Under the pieces are notes generated by a model. It was not told the DNA's origin. It was given only the letters and a program-made list of their open reading frames with translations, and ran no database searches. From Phoronis australis (Eukaryota > Animalia > Phoronida), in contig NMRA01001068.1 of the NCBI GenBank assembly GCA_002633005.1, positions 2,567 to 60,570 on the forward strand: a stretch of DNA of 58,004 nucleotides. Reading direction: 5' to 3'. The position numbers were made by a program, and so were the translations under genes. Positions 48,101 through 58,004 of the stretch are shown one piece after another (positions within the stretch are counted from its first letter, which is position 1; each line of letters starts with the position of its first letter).

Positions 48101-51100
48101 TTGTTGGGCTGGCAATATGATTGCCAAATGTCTTGGTAATTCTTCACATGGCAAAGACTGGGAAACATGTAGTCTAGGTAACGCGTAGTCTAGGTAACGC
48201 GTAGTCTAGGTGTCGCACACAGTCCTTTCACTTTTAGCATCTTTTCTGGGTTCTCTGCAAACCTTTAATTAATCATTTCTTGATTGTTTGTACAATTGCA
48301 GTTGAACAGATGTTTGATGTTGCAGAATGGCGCTACTAGTCATACGAGCCGAGGGGATCATTCAGCAGAGAGCACCGCTAGTAATGCGGCACTCTATCGT
48401 CACAAACCGCCTGGTCTGTCGAGTTCTGACGATTCCAGTGACAGCGATGATGATCCAGCAATTAAACGAAAACGCCGTCACAACCTCACCAAACCAGATC
48501 ATGCAACAGCACAAGCCTGGTTCAACCCAAACAGACAGGGGGAACCTATACATGACATGAGGCAGCGCTGGGCTCAAGGTCCCACATTTTGGACAGGAGA
48601 AATGACTGATATCAGCAAGTTTTCCCAGCCTCCTGTACAAACAAATGTCAGCAATGTTGATGCTAAAGGAATTAATGGTAGTCGGAAGAGGAAAAATAAT
48701 GTATGGGGCTCTGTTTTGGCTGAGCAAAGTTTGAGCCATGGCCTTGGAAGTGTTGGTGTTATTAATAAGGACTACCTTTTTGAAAATGATCGAAGTGTTG
48801 AAAGCTATGATTATTTAGCTGCCAGACAGGAAACAGACGGAGAGGGTGAGTTAACTGAAAACATTTGATAAAATGATACTTTTTTGCAGGTGGCAACTAC
48901 AAATATCATCAGTGAGTGCTGGAAAAATGACATTCCTACAAATTTATTATTCATTTCAGTCTTAATTACTGATAATTATGCTTAGAATGAATTGGTTACT
49001 CTGAGGAATAAATAAAAAATTGATTTAAAATATAGGATTTCAATTTTCTAGCCCCATTTCGCATCATCTATAGTCTTTTATGTCCTGTAGTTTGGTATGA
49101 AACCGAATTTGAGTTTTTTAAAAGGATTTCCTGAGTTTTTGTACAGTGCGATGGAATACGTTTTTCATTGCTTTCCGATATCATGTTCAATAGGTAAATC
49201 ACTCACTGAAGAGCATTGTGAGTCTGGCAAGTTAGACATTCTGCCCTCTCTCTAAGGGCCTTGTTCACTGACTGGATTTCCCGCATCAGGTTGACCTGGT
49301 TCTAGAATTAGGCCATACACCTCTGGGAGCTGTACGATGAAATTCAAAGCAGATTTGATTTGGACCATTTTTGTCTTGATCTCGTTGTTGCTGTACAGTG
49401 TCTCCGCTTATTTACTGCTATTTACACCAGCTTGGTTTCCAAGTCCAATTATCACATCGAAATGTTTCTGCAGTCGTATCCAACATCTTGACTTGCATAC
49501 CAATAATCTACCTCACTTCAAAAAGTTAGTGAAATCCAATGGATCTACTTCCGAAACGGGTATCAGAGGTTTTATCGGGCTGTTCTCGTTGTTCGTCTCA
49601 CTCGTTTGAACTCTCGGCACCAAAGTGACATGTTCAACAAATGACCACAAGATTTTGCAGAAGTTACCAATGCTAAAAATTGAATATCACGACAGTTTGT
49701 AAATATTTAAGAATTTTAAAATCATTCTATTCTTGAGTTCGTTCATTCTGCCAAAATATTGTTCATTTTGGAAGTTTTCTAACAGTGGTTTTGGTGGAAT
49801 ACTCGGTCTCGATTTTCGCAGAAATTGGGTTAATCCGACAAAGACATACTTCAAGGTCTTTTTTACACTAAATTAATTGTTAAACGAAAGATTTTGGCAC
49901 GAGCTTGGCCGTTCATTGATTGTACTTAATCTCTAATGAAATAGACATCTATTTGTGTTGACAGGCAAGAACTAGTGACACACTGTTGACGTAGTTAGCA
50001 ATCCACATTTTATGTTTCAAAATGTAGTCCTCAGTTTGAATGGAATTTTAGATCAGTGTTTGTGATATTGATGGATGATAGCGCTCACTGTTCTTATACA
50101 AATCTCAGAGTGCAAGGTGCAGTGAAATGGGTAAAGATTTTAATGGTACATTTCTTGGTACGCATGTTTTATGGCATCTGAACAAAAACATTTATTTAGG
50201 ATTTTTGGTGAAATCTTCCAAAATCTATCTGGAAGTTTTATGTAACTGGCTGCAATGCCTGTACTGTTACGGTATACGATAATTTGTCGTGTTCTAGACA
50301 ATGAAGGTCGCCGCGGAAACAAGCGCAGTTTCATCACCAGCAGACTTGGTAGCAGAAAGTACGACAAGGATAAGTCACGTACGCATGTGGGTGCAAGTGC
50401 TGACGACACGGAGGAACACGTGTGGAAGGCAATCACACGAACTTTGAAGGAGCAGAAAGAAAGTCTCATTGGTGAGTTTGCAACTTGTTATAATCATTGA
50501 AGGCAGTCTGGTGCGCGTTGTACCAGGCATGCATCGGCTGCTCATGTAGGTCCACTGTACTGATCACCTGGAACCATGTTTTTGCTTTATTAATGTATAG
50601 TTAAAACCAAACTTAGGAGCTAGAGACCTGGGCCCGTTCCAAGAAACTGACTTAAGTTCATTTCTGACTTATGTCTAAGATTTGTCTCGACTTCCAAACT
50701 TTGAAACTTCCACTTCCGGTAAGTTACTAAAATTAAGACAAAACTTAAGTATAACTTAGATCCCTTTCTTGAAACGGACATGAGACAAAGGGGGGGCTCA
50801 GATCCAATTTCAAGTGTCAAATTCGGAACACGGCGCAAACGGCAGTGGCGCTGGGCACTACGACTCAGTTTCCGTCGTCTTCTCCACTGGGCAATGAAGA
50901 AAATTACTTCATTTTTTAGAGAAAATGGAATCTGAGTGATGAGGAAAAAACAGAAGCTGCTGGTAAGATGTCAGTTTTAATCGAAGCCTTGGTGAATCAC
51001 TCAGAAACTCATAATTCTCTCTCCAAAGCAATCGCGTCATTATTGCCAACACAAAAAACGGATTTGGTCTTTTGGGCAATTGAAGGCTATTTTAAATACA

Positions 51101-54100
51101 AAAAATTTGTTACGAACTGATTGCACAAAAATAAAACATGTAATAAGCATTACAAAAAGATGGAGGTTTTGCGCGCAAACGTTGTGGACCATAAACAAGT
51201 AGGTCTCTTAGTATCAAATTAAGAGTTAAATCGTTGTGGTGCAGTGGTAAAGCACACGTGCTCTATCTGCCCTGTTTGACACTTTCTCGTTTTCTTTTTG
51301 CCTTTGCTTCTTGCATAATACTTCGGGAATCAAGGAAAATGCTTGATTTTTAGAGGAAAAAACAGAAAAATTTCCTGGGTGGGAGCAGGCAAACCCCCCT
51401 CCAGACCTCCCCCCATTCGATGCTCTGCGCATCTACAATCGTGCTTTGAGCAAATGTTTACAGACAAAATGTTGGGCCCCCCTTGTGATATCCTAGATCC
51501 GCCACTGATCTGACTCAGTTTTCTTGGAACCGGCCCCCGATTCAAGGGTTTGTCAGTGCGCTCCAGTTAATCTTGGAGAACCTTTATTTAAACTTAGTTT
51601 GTTTGTGGGTTTTGACTTAAGTTTGGGCCGCATTCCATAATGGCAATGACTCCCAAAGGATTTGTGACAAGAAATTGTGTGCTGTGGAATAGAAACTATA
51701 GACTAAGTGTGTTTGGCTACATTTTTCTCCCATGATTCAACATAAGCGTTGTCAACTTTAAGCACTTCAGTGACGGCCATTTTGGTAGTGTATGTGATTG
51801 ACAAGCTCACAGGTAACTCGCCTTACAAAAAACACTTGAGGGGTATATCTCATTTCAGTAAAATTTCACCAATTTTGAACAAAAATAATTGTCAAAATTG
51901 GTTGTTTTTCGTTTTTAAGGCTTCTAATGTTTTTTTAGATGCCCACAGTTTCTCAAAACTTTATCCAATGGCACTTATGATATAGAACTTTAACTTTATC
52001 CAATGGCACTTATGATATAGAACTTTAACATTATCCAATGGCACTTATGATATAGAACTTTAACATTATCCAATGGCACTTATGATATAGAACTTTAAAC
52101 TGATAAAGCCTTTGTTTTATAACACAGGAAAAAACTACGTCAAATACAGGACTTTGCTTACTTGAGTTAGCCACGTTGCGTCCGTCTCTCACGGGCTTCA
52201 TCGTGGCTAATGATGTTACTATCATTCTGTGAGAGATGGCGCTAGTTTTCGGACTAAGTTGCTCCAGCTTGGCTAATGATGTTACTATCATTCTTTGAGA
52301 GACGAGCGCTCATTCTTGGACTAAGTTAGCAGTGGGTTATGTTTCATGAAGAGTGCTTTAAGACTTGGACAGAAGTTTGATCTATATTTATTTTCTGAAA
52401 AATAATTAAACTTCACCTGAGCAAACGTGTAAAATCTCTGAAAATATACACCTAAGTGCTAGTTACTGTGGTTATTTGTGTAAATTATTTCTAGGCTGCA
52501 AAATGCTCGTAATTGTGAAGTGGAAGCATAAGACCAAATTTCTGTCTTGAGTCATTTTCATCAAACGGACCGTAGAATGCCTTCATTTATCTGTGAAGGT
52601 GATGCTGGTCATTTTTTACAGAACGAGTTGTTAAAGTTCTGGGGAAGAAGAAATCTCTCAAATTGCTGTATTTAACTGAAGACATTGAGGAAACTGGGGG
52701 ACTGTGGACAGTGGTAAGTCAGTAGTTAGACTTTTGGAGGGGCCGCGTATCCACGGTTACTTAGAAATCTTAGTAGTCAAAACTGATGGATGTAGCATTT
52801 CAGCCTATTGTAGTTGCAATTATGTCTAATACTTGGGTGATATGGAATGAGATACTCATAAACTCGAATAAAATGGAGGGCACGTCACAATGACAGTAAA
52901 ACATGACTCTGTCCTAGTATGAAGAATACTTGTGAAAATGTGATCTCTGTTTCCAAAGTTTGCTTAAAAAGGGAGTTGATGAACACTATGAAGGGTTCTT
53001 GTTTGGTCATTCTATTTTTGCCCTGCCCCACCTCGTGTTCACTCTTCTGAGATGGGTGCAGTAAATGTTTTATCCACTGTTCATAGTGAAATATATTACT
53101 TTTATTACATCTTGCTTTTTTTCGGTTGAAAGAAATATAATTCTTTTGTGAGATGGCATACTGTTTTGAGTTGCGTGGGAGAGAACTTTTTAAAGCTTTT
53201 ATAAAACCTCTATCTTCCGAAAATAGGTCAACTTGTTACTTATTCAAATTAATGATATTTCTGAACTGAGAAGGAAGTGACACCTCATTGTTACTTGAGG
53301 TCAGCCTCTGCAAGTTGGCTTGTCGTGACAGGTCATTGTCAGGTTAGCCTCTGCAAGTTGGCTTGCCATGACAGGTCATTGTGAGGTCAGCCTCTGCAAG
53401 TTGGCTTGTCATGACAGGTCATTGTCAGGTTAGCCTCTGCAAGTTGGCTTGCCATGACAGGTCATTGTTGCTTGAGGTCAGCCTCTGCAAGTTGGCTTGT
53501 CACAACAGGTCACTTTTTATGCGCCCACATATTTATATGTGGACGCATTATGCCGTCATCTCCGTCCGTCTGTCCGTCCGTCCGTCCGTACGGGCGGCGT
53601 CCGTCCGGCGTGTGGCGTCCGCTGCTCTATCTCCAAAATCCTTTGACATATGTTCATGAAATTTGGCACATATGTTCCATTCATGAATGGGACGGCATGT
53701 GCGAACTTTCGGACAGATCCGACAACCGGTGTGCCCCCTAGTGGCAATTTTAGTTTTTTATGCTTACCTTTGTATCTTCAAAAGTCCTGAACGGATTTTC
53801 ATGAAATTTGGTATGTAGGCACCTATTAGTGAGATGACGCTATCCTCCCGTTTTCAGATGGATTTGACATAGTTTGCGCCACCTAGTGGCCATTTTTAGT
53901 GTGCATCAACTTCTCTATCAACCAAACCGCTCAAAGGATGATTGTGAAAATTGGCATGTATATGCTTACTTTGTAGAGGACGGTTGACGATGATTTTCCG
54001 ACGATTTCGACTACTGTGGCGCCTCCTAGTGGCAGTTTTGTTTTATTTTCGCCTATGGCTGTATCTCCTAAACCGTTCGCAGGATTTTTACGAAATTGTG

Positions 54101-57100
54101 TAAGTATATTTATATGATGTTAACAATGGAACATGACGACTTTNGCAGTTTTGTTTTTTTTGCACCTATGGCTGTATCTCCTAAACCGTTCGCAGGATCT
54201 TTACGAAATTTAATAAGTGTAATTATATGATGTTAACAACAGACGATGACGACTTTTGGACGGATCCAACTACCAGTGTGCCCCCTAGTGGCAATTTAAT
54301 TTTTTACGTTTACCTCTGTATCTTCACATGGATTCGACCTAGTTTGCGACACCCAGTGGCCATTTTTACTGTTTTTGAGTCTGTTTTTTGGCGTCCACTC
54401 CTCTATCAACCAAACCGCTCTAAGTATGATTGTGAAAATTGGCATGTATGTTCTTACTATGAAGAGGACGATTGATGCTGAATTTCCCATGACTTTGATT
54501 ACTGTGGCGCCTCCTAGTGGCAGTTTTTTTGCGCCCATGGCTGTATCTCCCAAACCGTTTGCAGGATCTTTACTAAATTTAGCAAGTGTATTTATGTGAT
54601 GTTTACAACGGACGATGACGACTTTAAGATGATTCTGAGTACCGGTATGCCTCTAGTGGCAATTTAAGTATTTCACATTGACCTCTGTATTTTCATAGGT
54701 ATTCAGGTATATACTTTGTGTTACTTCGTGACTATGAAGGAAAAGCTCCAAGTAGAAATTTGTTTCTGGCATTCTAATGCTGTGCTAATCTCGTATGCTG
54801 GTAAATTTGTCTTTAATTCTATGTTTCTGTGGTGCTTTAAGCAACTGATGTATAGGATGTGCTTGTATTATGAAGATCACTCACATTTTGCCCCTAGCCT
54901 ATTGAGGAGACATGCCTTTCCATTTTGCAAAGTACAACATACTACATATATGCCCTCTACTGGCCACTTTATGGTACCAATAAATAACCCTTGAAGGATA
55001 CTGTATACGGTGCAATCGTGGGTGCATTTCAATGCTCTGCGTTGCTCTTGTTGTGGTTTGCATGGTTCAGACCAGTTACAAACTGTCCTTTTCAAGTCCA
55101 GGAAGCATTTCTCACCTAGGTAAGGAACAAGTTGACATCAGCTGTACATCAGAAAGTCATCTGGCACATTAATTTCTGACGGAAACCATCAGTTTATTGC
55201 GGCGTTTATACAACCACTGTCATGGGTCTTTGGTTACGGGGAGGTTTCACTGCTCCAAAATGATAGTGAGTGATAAGTTCTGTAGGTTGAGTTGTCTGCT
55301 GTTAAGATTTCTTTATTACAGAACATAGATTGGTACCTCATTGATTTAAAACATGAACCTAGACTCAGTTTGCTGGGTTTCTGTCCAATGTTCTACTTCT
55401 GTTACAGTCGAATCGCATTACAACAAACCCTGTTTGCTTAAAATGTTCCATTCTCAAACAAAAACACGTTTTCTCTGCTTCGTTTTTGACGAACCCAAAT
55501 ACACTGCTCACATGATTACCAATGTCAAGGTTGCAGCGGGATACTCGTCAACTTTTCAGTGAATTAGAGAGCACGCAAGTTATAAAATTGATCATGTGTG
55601 GACTCCTTGATTTCATATTTCATATTTGTGAGCGGCCAGGCACACAGTTGGACAGCCTTAGATATGAGTAATGAGGAGTAAACAGTTCCACATTTCTTAG
55701 TTTATGTAACAAGTTGATTTGGTTACAACGAATATCTTTGATAGGTCCCGGCAATGAGCTATGTATACACAGAGGTGACACGACTATACTCGCAAGCCAG
55801 ACAGCGCGTGACACGCGGTCCACCATATTGATGATGAATGATATGTAAACAAAAGCACGGTAGTCGTATGGAAGCCGGGGAATTTTCAGAATAAAATTTG
55901 AAATTTTAAATACTAACGAAGTTTTAAAATATTGTTAACATAAAGCAATGTAAATCTGTGACCACGCATTGCTTAAACGGTCATATAAGCCATTGCAAAG
56001 ACAAAATTACTAATCACTTTGGCTGAAATTCTCACGGAGTGCTGCTTGGGCCTGGGAGGTTTTGCCGGCTCAGTCGAAAAGACAATCACTGAAATGTGTA
56101 AAGTTTAGAAAATGGTATTACATGGGTGGATTTAAGGCGCCCCCCTTGGCTGCCGAAAAAAATAAAACAGAAAGTGTGAGGAAATATTGAGTTTACTAAT
56201 TAACGTCAGTAATCGACATGCTGCTGGGAGATCAAAACCGCATTGCAAGTGTCCGATCGAGACCGCCCGTCTTTTTTATTTTAGTCCGAATGTGTTTTAC
56301 TTAAAGGTCCACATCCACGAAAATCCGACATTTCGATGCTCGCGCATGCAATCGTGCTTTGTGCATTTGACCTAGACAAATTGTTGCCTCCCTTTATGAT
56401 ATCCTAGATCCGCCACTGTATTATACAGTGATTAACCTTTTTAATCGTTATAATTGTATAATACCTATTTTTCAGTTGTTTATAAATCGACAAGACGATC
56501 AGCTGTCAAGTGGGCCACTCTCCGGCACGCCAATACATCATTGCATTCCCAAAGTTTTTAGTATGGGTTTAAAAATTCCTTGACCTGAGGCCACTTGAGT
56601 TATTGTAAGAAAAGATTTGAGGCATGCGTTCGTGTGAAACACTTGAACACTATATATAAAAAATAATAGAAACCCTTGGAAATCTATGAGCATACAAACA
56701 GCAGTATGCGTGCATGTAAAGTCGTGTCATTGTATGCAACAATTGACCAATGGAACCATACACGTTTGTGTACATATGCATATTCGGAATTGAAGGCATA
56801 GGCCAGTTTGAATAAAAGTTGAGAGTAAAATTTTGCAAAACGATAGAGTTATAGAAACTCTTACTGATACGTTAACATTAAGTATTTCAATGAAAAAAGA
56901 AGAATGCACGACACTAAAAACAACCTGTACTGGTTGGTAAGACATGCATATATACAACGGTTAGGTGCTTGTACCTGTGAACACCACTGCTTGGGCGGCC
57001 GAAGTCAGAGATCGAAGTATGCATTTGCCCAGACCCAATTTCCCGAAAGGTGATTGGAATTGTCCACTTCAGGTTATACCAAGGAATAATAATTACATTA

Positions 57101-58004
57101 ATATGCAGACATTTTTTCAGAAAATAAAACGCACGTAAGACGTGCTGAGGTGTCTCAAGGAAAATTACTTCAGTGATACTCTACTTTTCTTTAAGTATCT
57201 AGTATTACTTGTCCTAGTACCTAATTTATATTTGCGTGGTGAACTGGTAATTTGTACAGTTTGCAACGACATGGTCTCACAGTTCAAACAGTTGTCATAG
57301 ACTCTGTTGTAAAACAACACGCCGCAGAACTGGAGTTTTAAAAAGGTAATTGGATTATTAACTAATCAATGTACCCTTTTTATCCAACCATGATGTAAGG
57401 AATAGCAGATTTTTTCCTGTCAATAACGAGCACACTTCCATCTGATTGGCCATCCAGAACGAGAAGGACAACAAAATGCTGACACATAAACAACACATTG
57501 AGATATTGTAACCATTTCAGACAATAAAGTTTTCATTTAATAATATTTTATTACAAAATATATTTATTTCAAAATATCACCATCACGCAGTAAAATCACA
57601 CGGTGACAGTAAAAGGGAAATGTCTGGCTGGTACAAAGTTACTGTACCGTACTGGAACATGCACTCCACTTCAGCAATTTGGTACTACGCAGTACACACG
57701 CATCTCGACTTACATGGTTCATCAGCAAGATGGTGGACCACTCCGCTCAACGAAAACCACGAGATGTCAACTGTAGTTATATTTATCTTATTGGGTCCCG
57801 GTAGGTTGGTTATAACAAGGTTTGACTGTATTACTTAAAGAAAGTACAACTTTTGCCCAGTGCTGTATGTTGTAGTATCAATGTTTCGATCTTTTTCCCA
57901 TACACTGCTTTGTTTCACTGACAGGATGGAAGTCGGAGGCGCACACCAGGTGGCGTCTACCTCCAGTTGCTCAAGTCAGATGACCATGTGACAAAGGAAC
58001 ATCT
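45167..58004 (+). CDS. PHAX: Phosphorylated adapter RNA export protein (PHAX), 3'-incomplete
   Basis: Exons 45167-45238 (MSDLEEGELESDED, GC donor), 48326-48845 (RKRKNNVWGSVLAEQ...DRSVESYDYL), 50298-50471 (AITRTLKEQKESLI), 52622-52713 (ERVVKVLGKKKSLKLLYLTEDIEETGGLWTV), 57925 to end (DGSRRRTPGGVYLQLLK). The RRRTPGGV motif and preceding helices match the PHAX RNA-binding domain; all phases agree. Confidence 0.93.
45529..45828. mobile_element. hAT-like MITE in PHAX intron 1
   Basis: TIRs CAGTGGTGGATT / GATCCGCCCCTG; flanks CACTG / CTCTG. The paralogous empty site at 46861-46899 has a single CACTG. Confidence 0.85.
45900..45970 (+). pseudogene. tRNA-derived fragment (SINE head or tRNA relic), not a functional tRNA
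   Basis: GTTGGCTAGAGC (D-loop remnant), TCTGC-ACGGTTA-GGAGA arm, AGGTC, T-arm CTGGG-TTCGAGT-CCCAG with B-box GGTTCGAGTCC, then TTTTT; 5' acceptor stem missing. Confidence 0.6.
46142..46650 (-). mobile_element. Possible LTR relic (perhaps two nested) with adjacent polypurine tract
   Basis: TGTT...AACA ends (46142, 46635); minus-strand AAAGGGGG tract just before the TG start, minus-strand CTATAAAA and AATAAA signals. No TSD found. Confidence 0.35.
47455..47670. repeat. Minisatellite, 53 bp x4
   Basis: GTTAATTGCATCCAATTATGTGATGACAAATCCAAGGGTATTACTGTCTATGT repeated. Confidence 0.95.
50630..51536. mobile_element. Harbinger-like MITE (family of 21834-22077) with nested insertions
   Basis: Left end GGGCCCGTTCCAAGAAACTGACTTAAG matches 21834; right end TCAGTTTTCTTGGAACCGGCCC; contains a hAT-like end AGATCCGCCACTG at about 51507. 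Confidence 0.7.
51961..52098. repeat. Minisatellite, 35 bp x4
   Basis: TTATCCAATGGCACTTATGATATAGAACTTTAAC(A/T) repeated. Confidence 0.95.
53296..53513. repeat. Minisatellite, about 43 bp x5, abutting the HINE 5' end
   Basis: TGAGGTCAGCCTCTGCAAGTTGGCTTGTCATGACAGGTCATTG repeated. Confidence 0.95.
53514..55052 (+). mobile_element. HINE/DINE-1-like Helentron-associated element, complete gap-free copy (PHAX intron 4)
   Basis: TTTTT-ATGCGCCCACA + inverted repeat, (GTCC)n, central about 140-160 bp subrepeats, 3' GTGGGTGCAT, hairpin CAATGC-TCT-GCGTTG, CTCTTGTT; no TSD, T-flanked, as expected for Helentron/HINE. Confidence 0.85.
56121..56418. mobile_element. hAT-like MITE with perfect 5-bp TSD
   Basis: Ends CATGGGTGGATTTA / TAGATCCGCCACTG; TSD TATTA (56116-56120, 56419-56423). 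Confidence 0.75.

Noticed and set aside
49200-49610. Hydrophobic 90-aa ORF and coding-like minus frame in PHAX intron 2
   Set aside because: Stops interrupt the minus frame and no family could be recognised.
57600-57760. Cys/His-rich minus-strand stretch reminiscent of a piggyBac C-terminal domain
   Set aside because: Requires several frameshifts; no TIRs identified.

Overview
Eukaryotic, intron-rich, AT-rich animal (most likely invertebrate bilaterian) genomic DNA, so most short six-frame ORFs are noise. Three spliced genes were reconstructed by hand with phase-consistent splice sites. (1) A 5'-incomplete basigin/neuroplastin-family gene with three Ig domains (+, 71-9075). (2) A complete 13-coding-exon DEG/ENaC (ASIC/ENaC-superfamily) channel gene (-, 32239-16430, about 529 aa). 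(3) A 3'-incomplete PHAX gene (+, 45167 to the window end). The rest is a dense transposon landscape: Helentron-associated HINE/DINE-1-like elements, hAT-like and Harbinger-like MITEs, Penelope, I-group/RNase H, L1/Tx1 and CR1/L2 relics, minisatellites and one N gap. The most notable observations are these. The HINE family carries a regularly spaced, co-oriented array of CTCF-consensus motifs, a candidate mobile insulator cassette. The channel has paired substitutions at two key pore positions (HG to DG; E18' to Q). The basigin-like protein lacks both the intramembrane Glu and one Ig cysteine. The MITE target-site duplications have mismatches at a fixed position. Two Penelope-type hammerhead relics and two candidate structured RNAs are present. 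All family assignments come from motif recognition; no database search was run.
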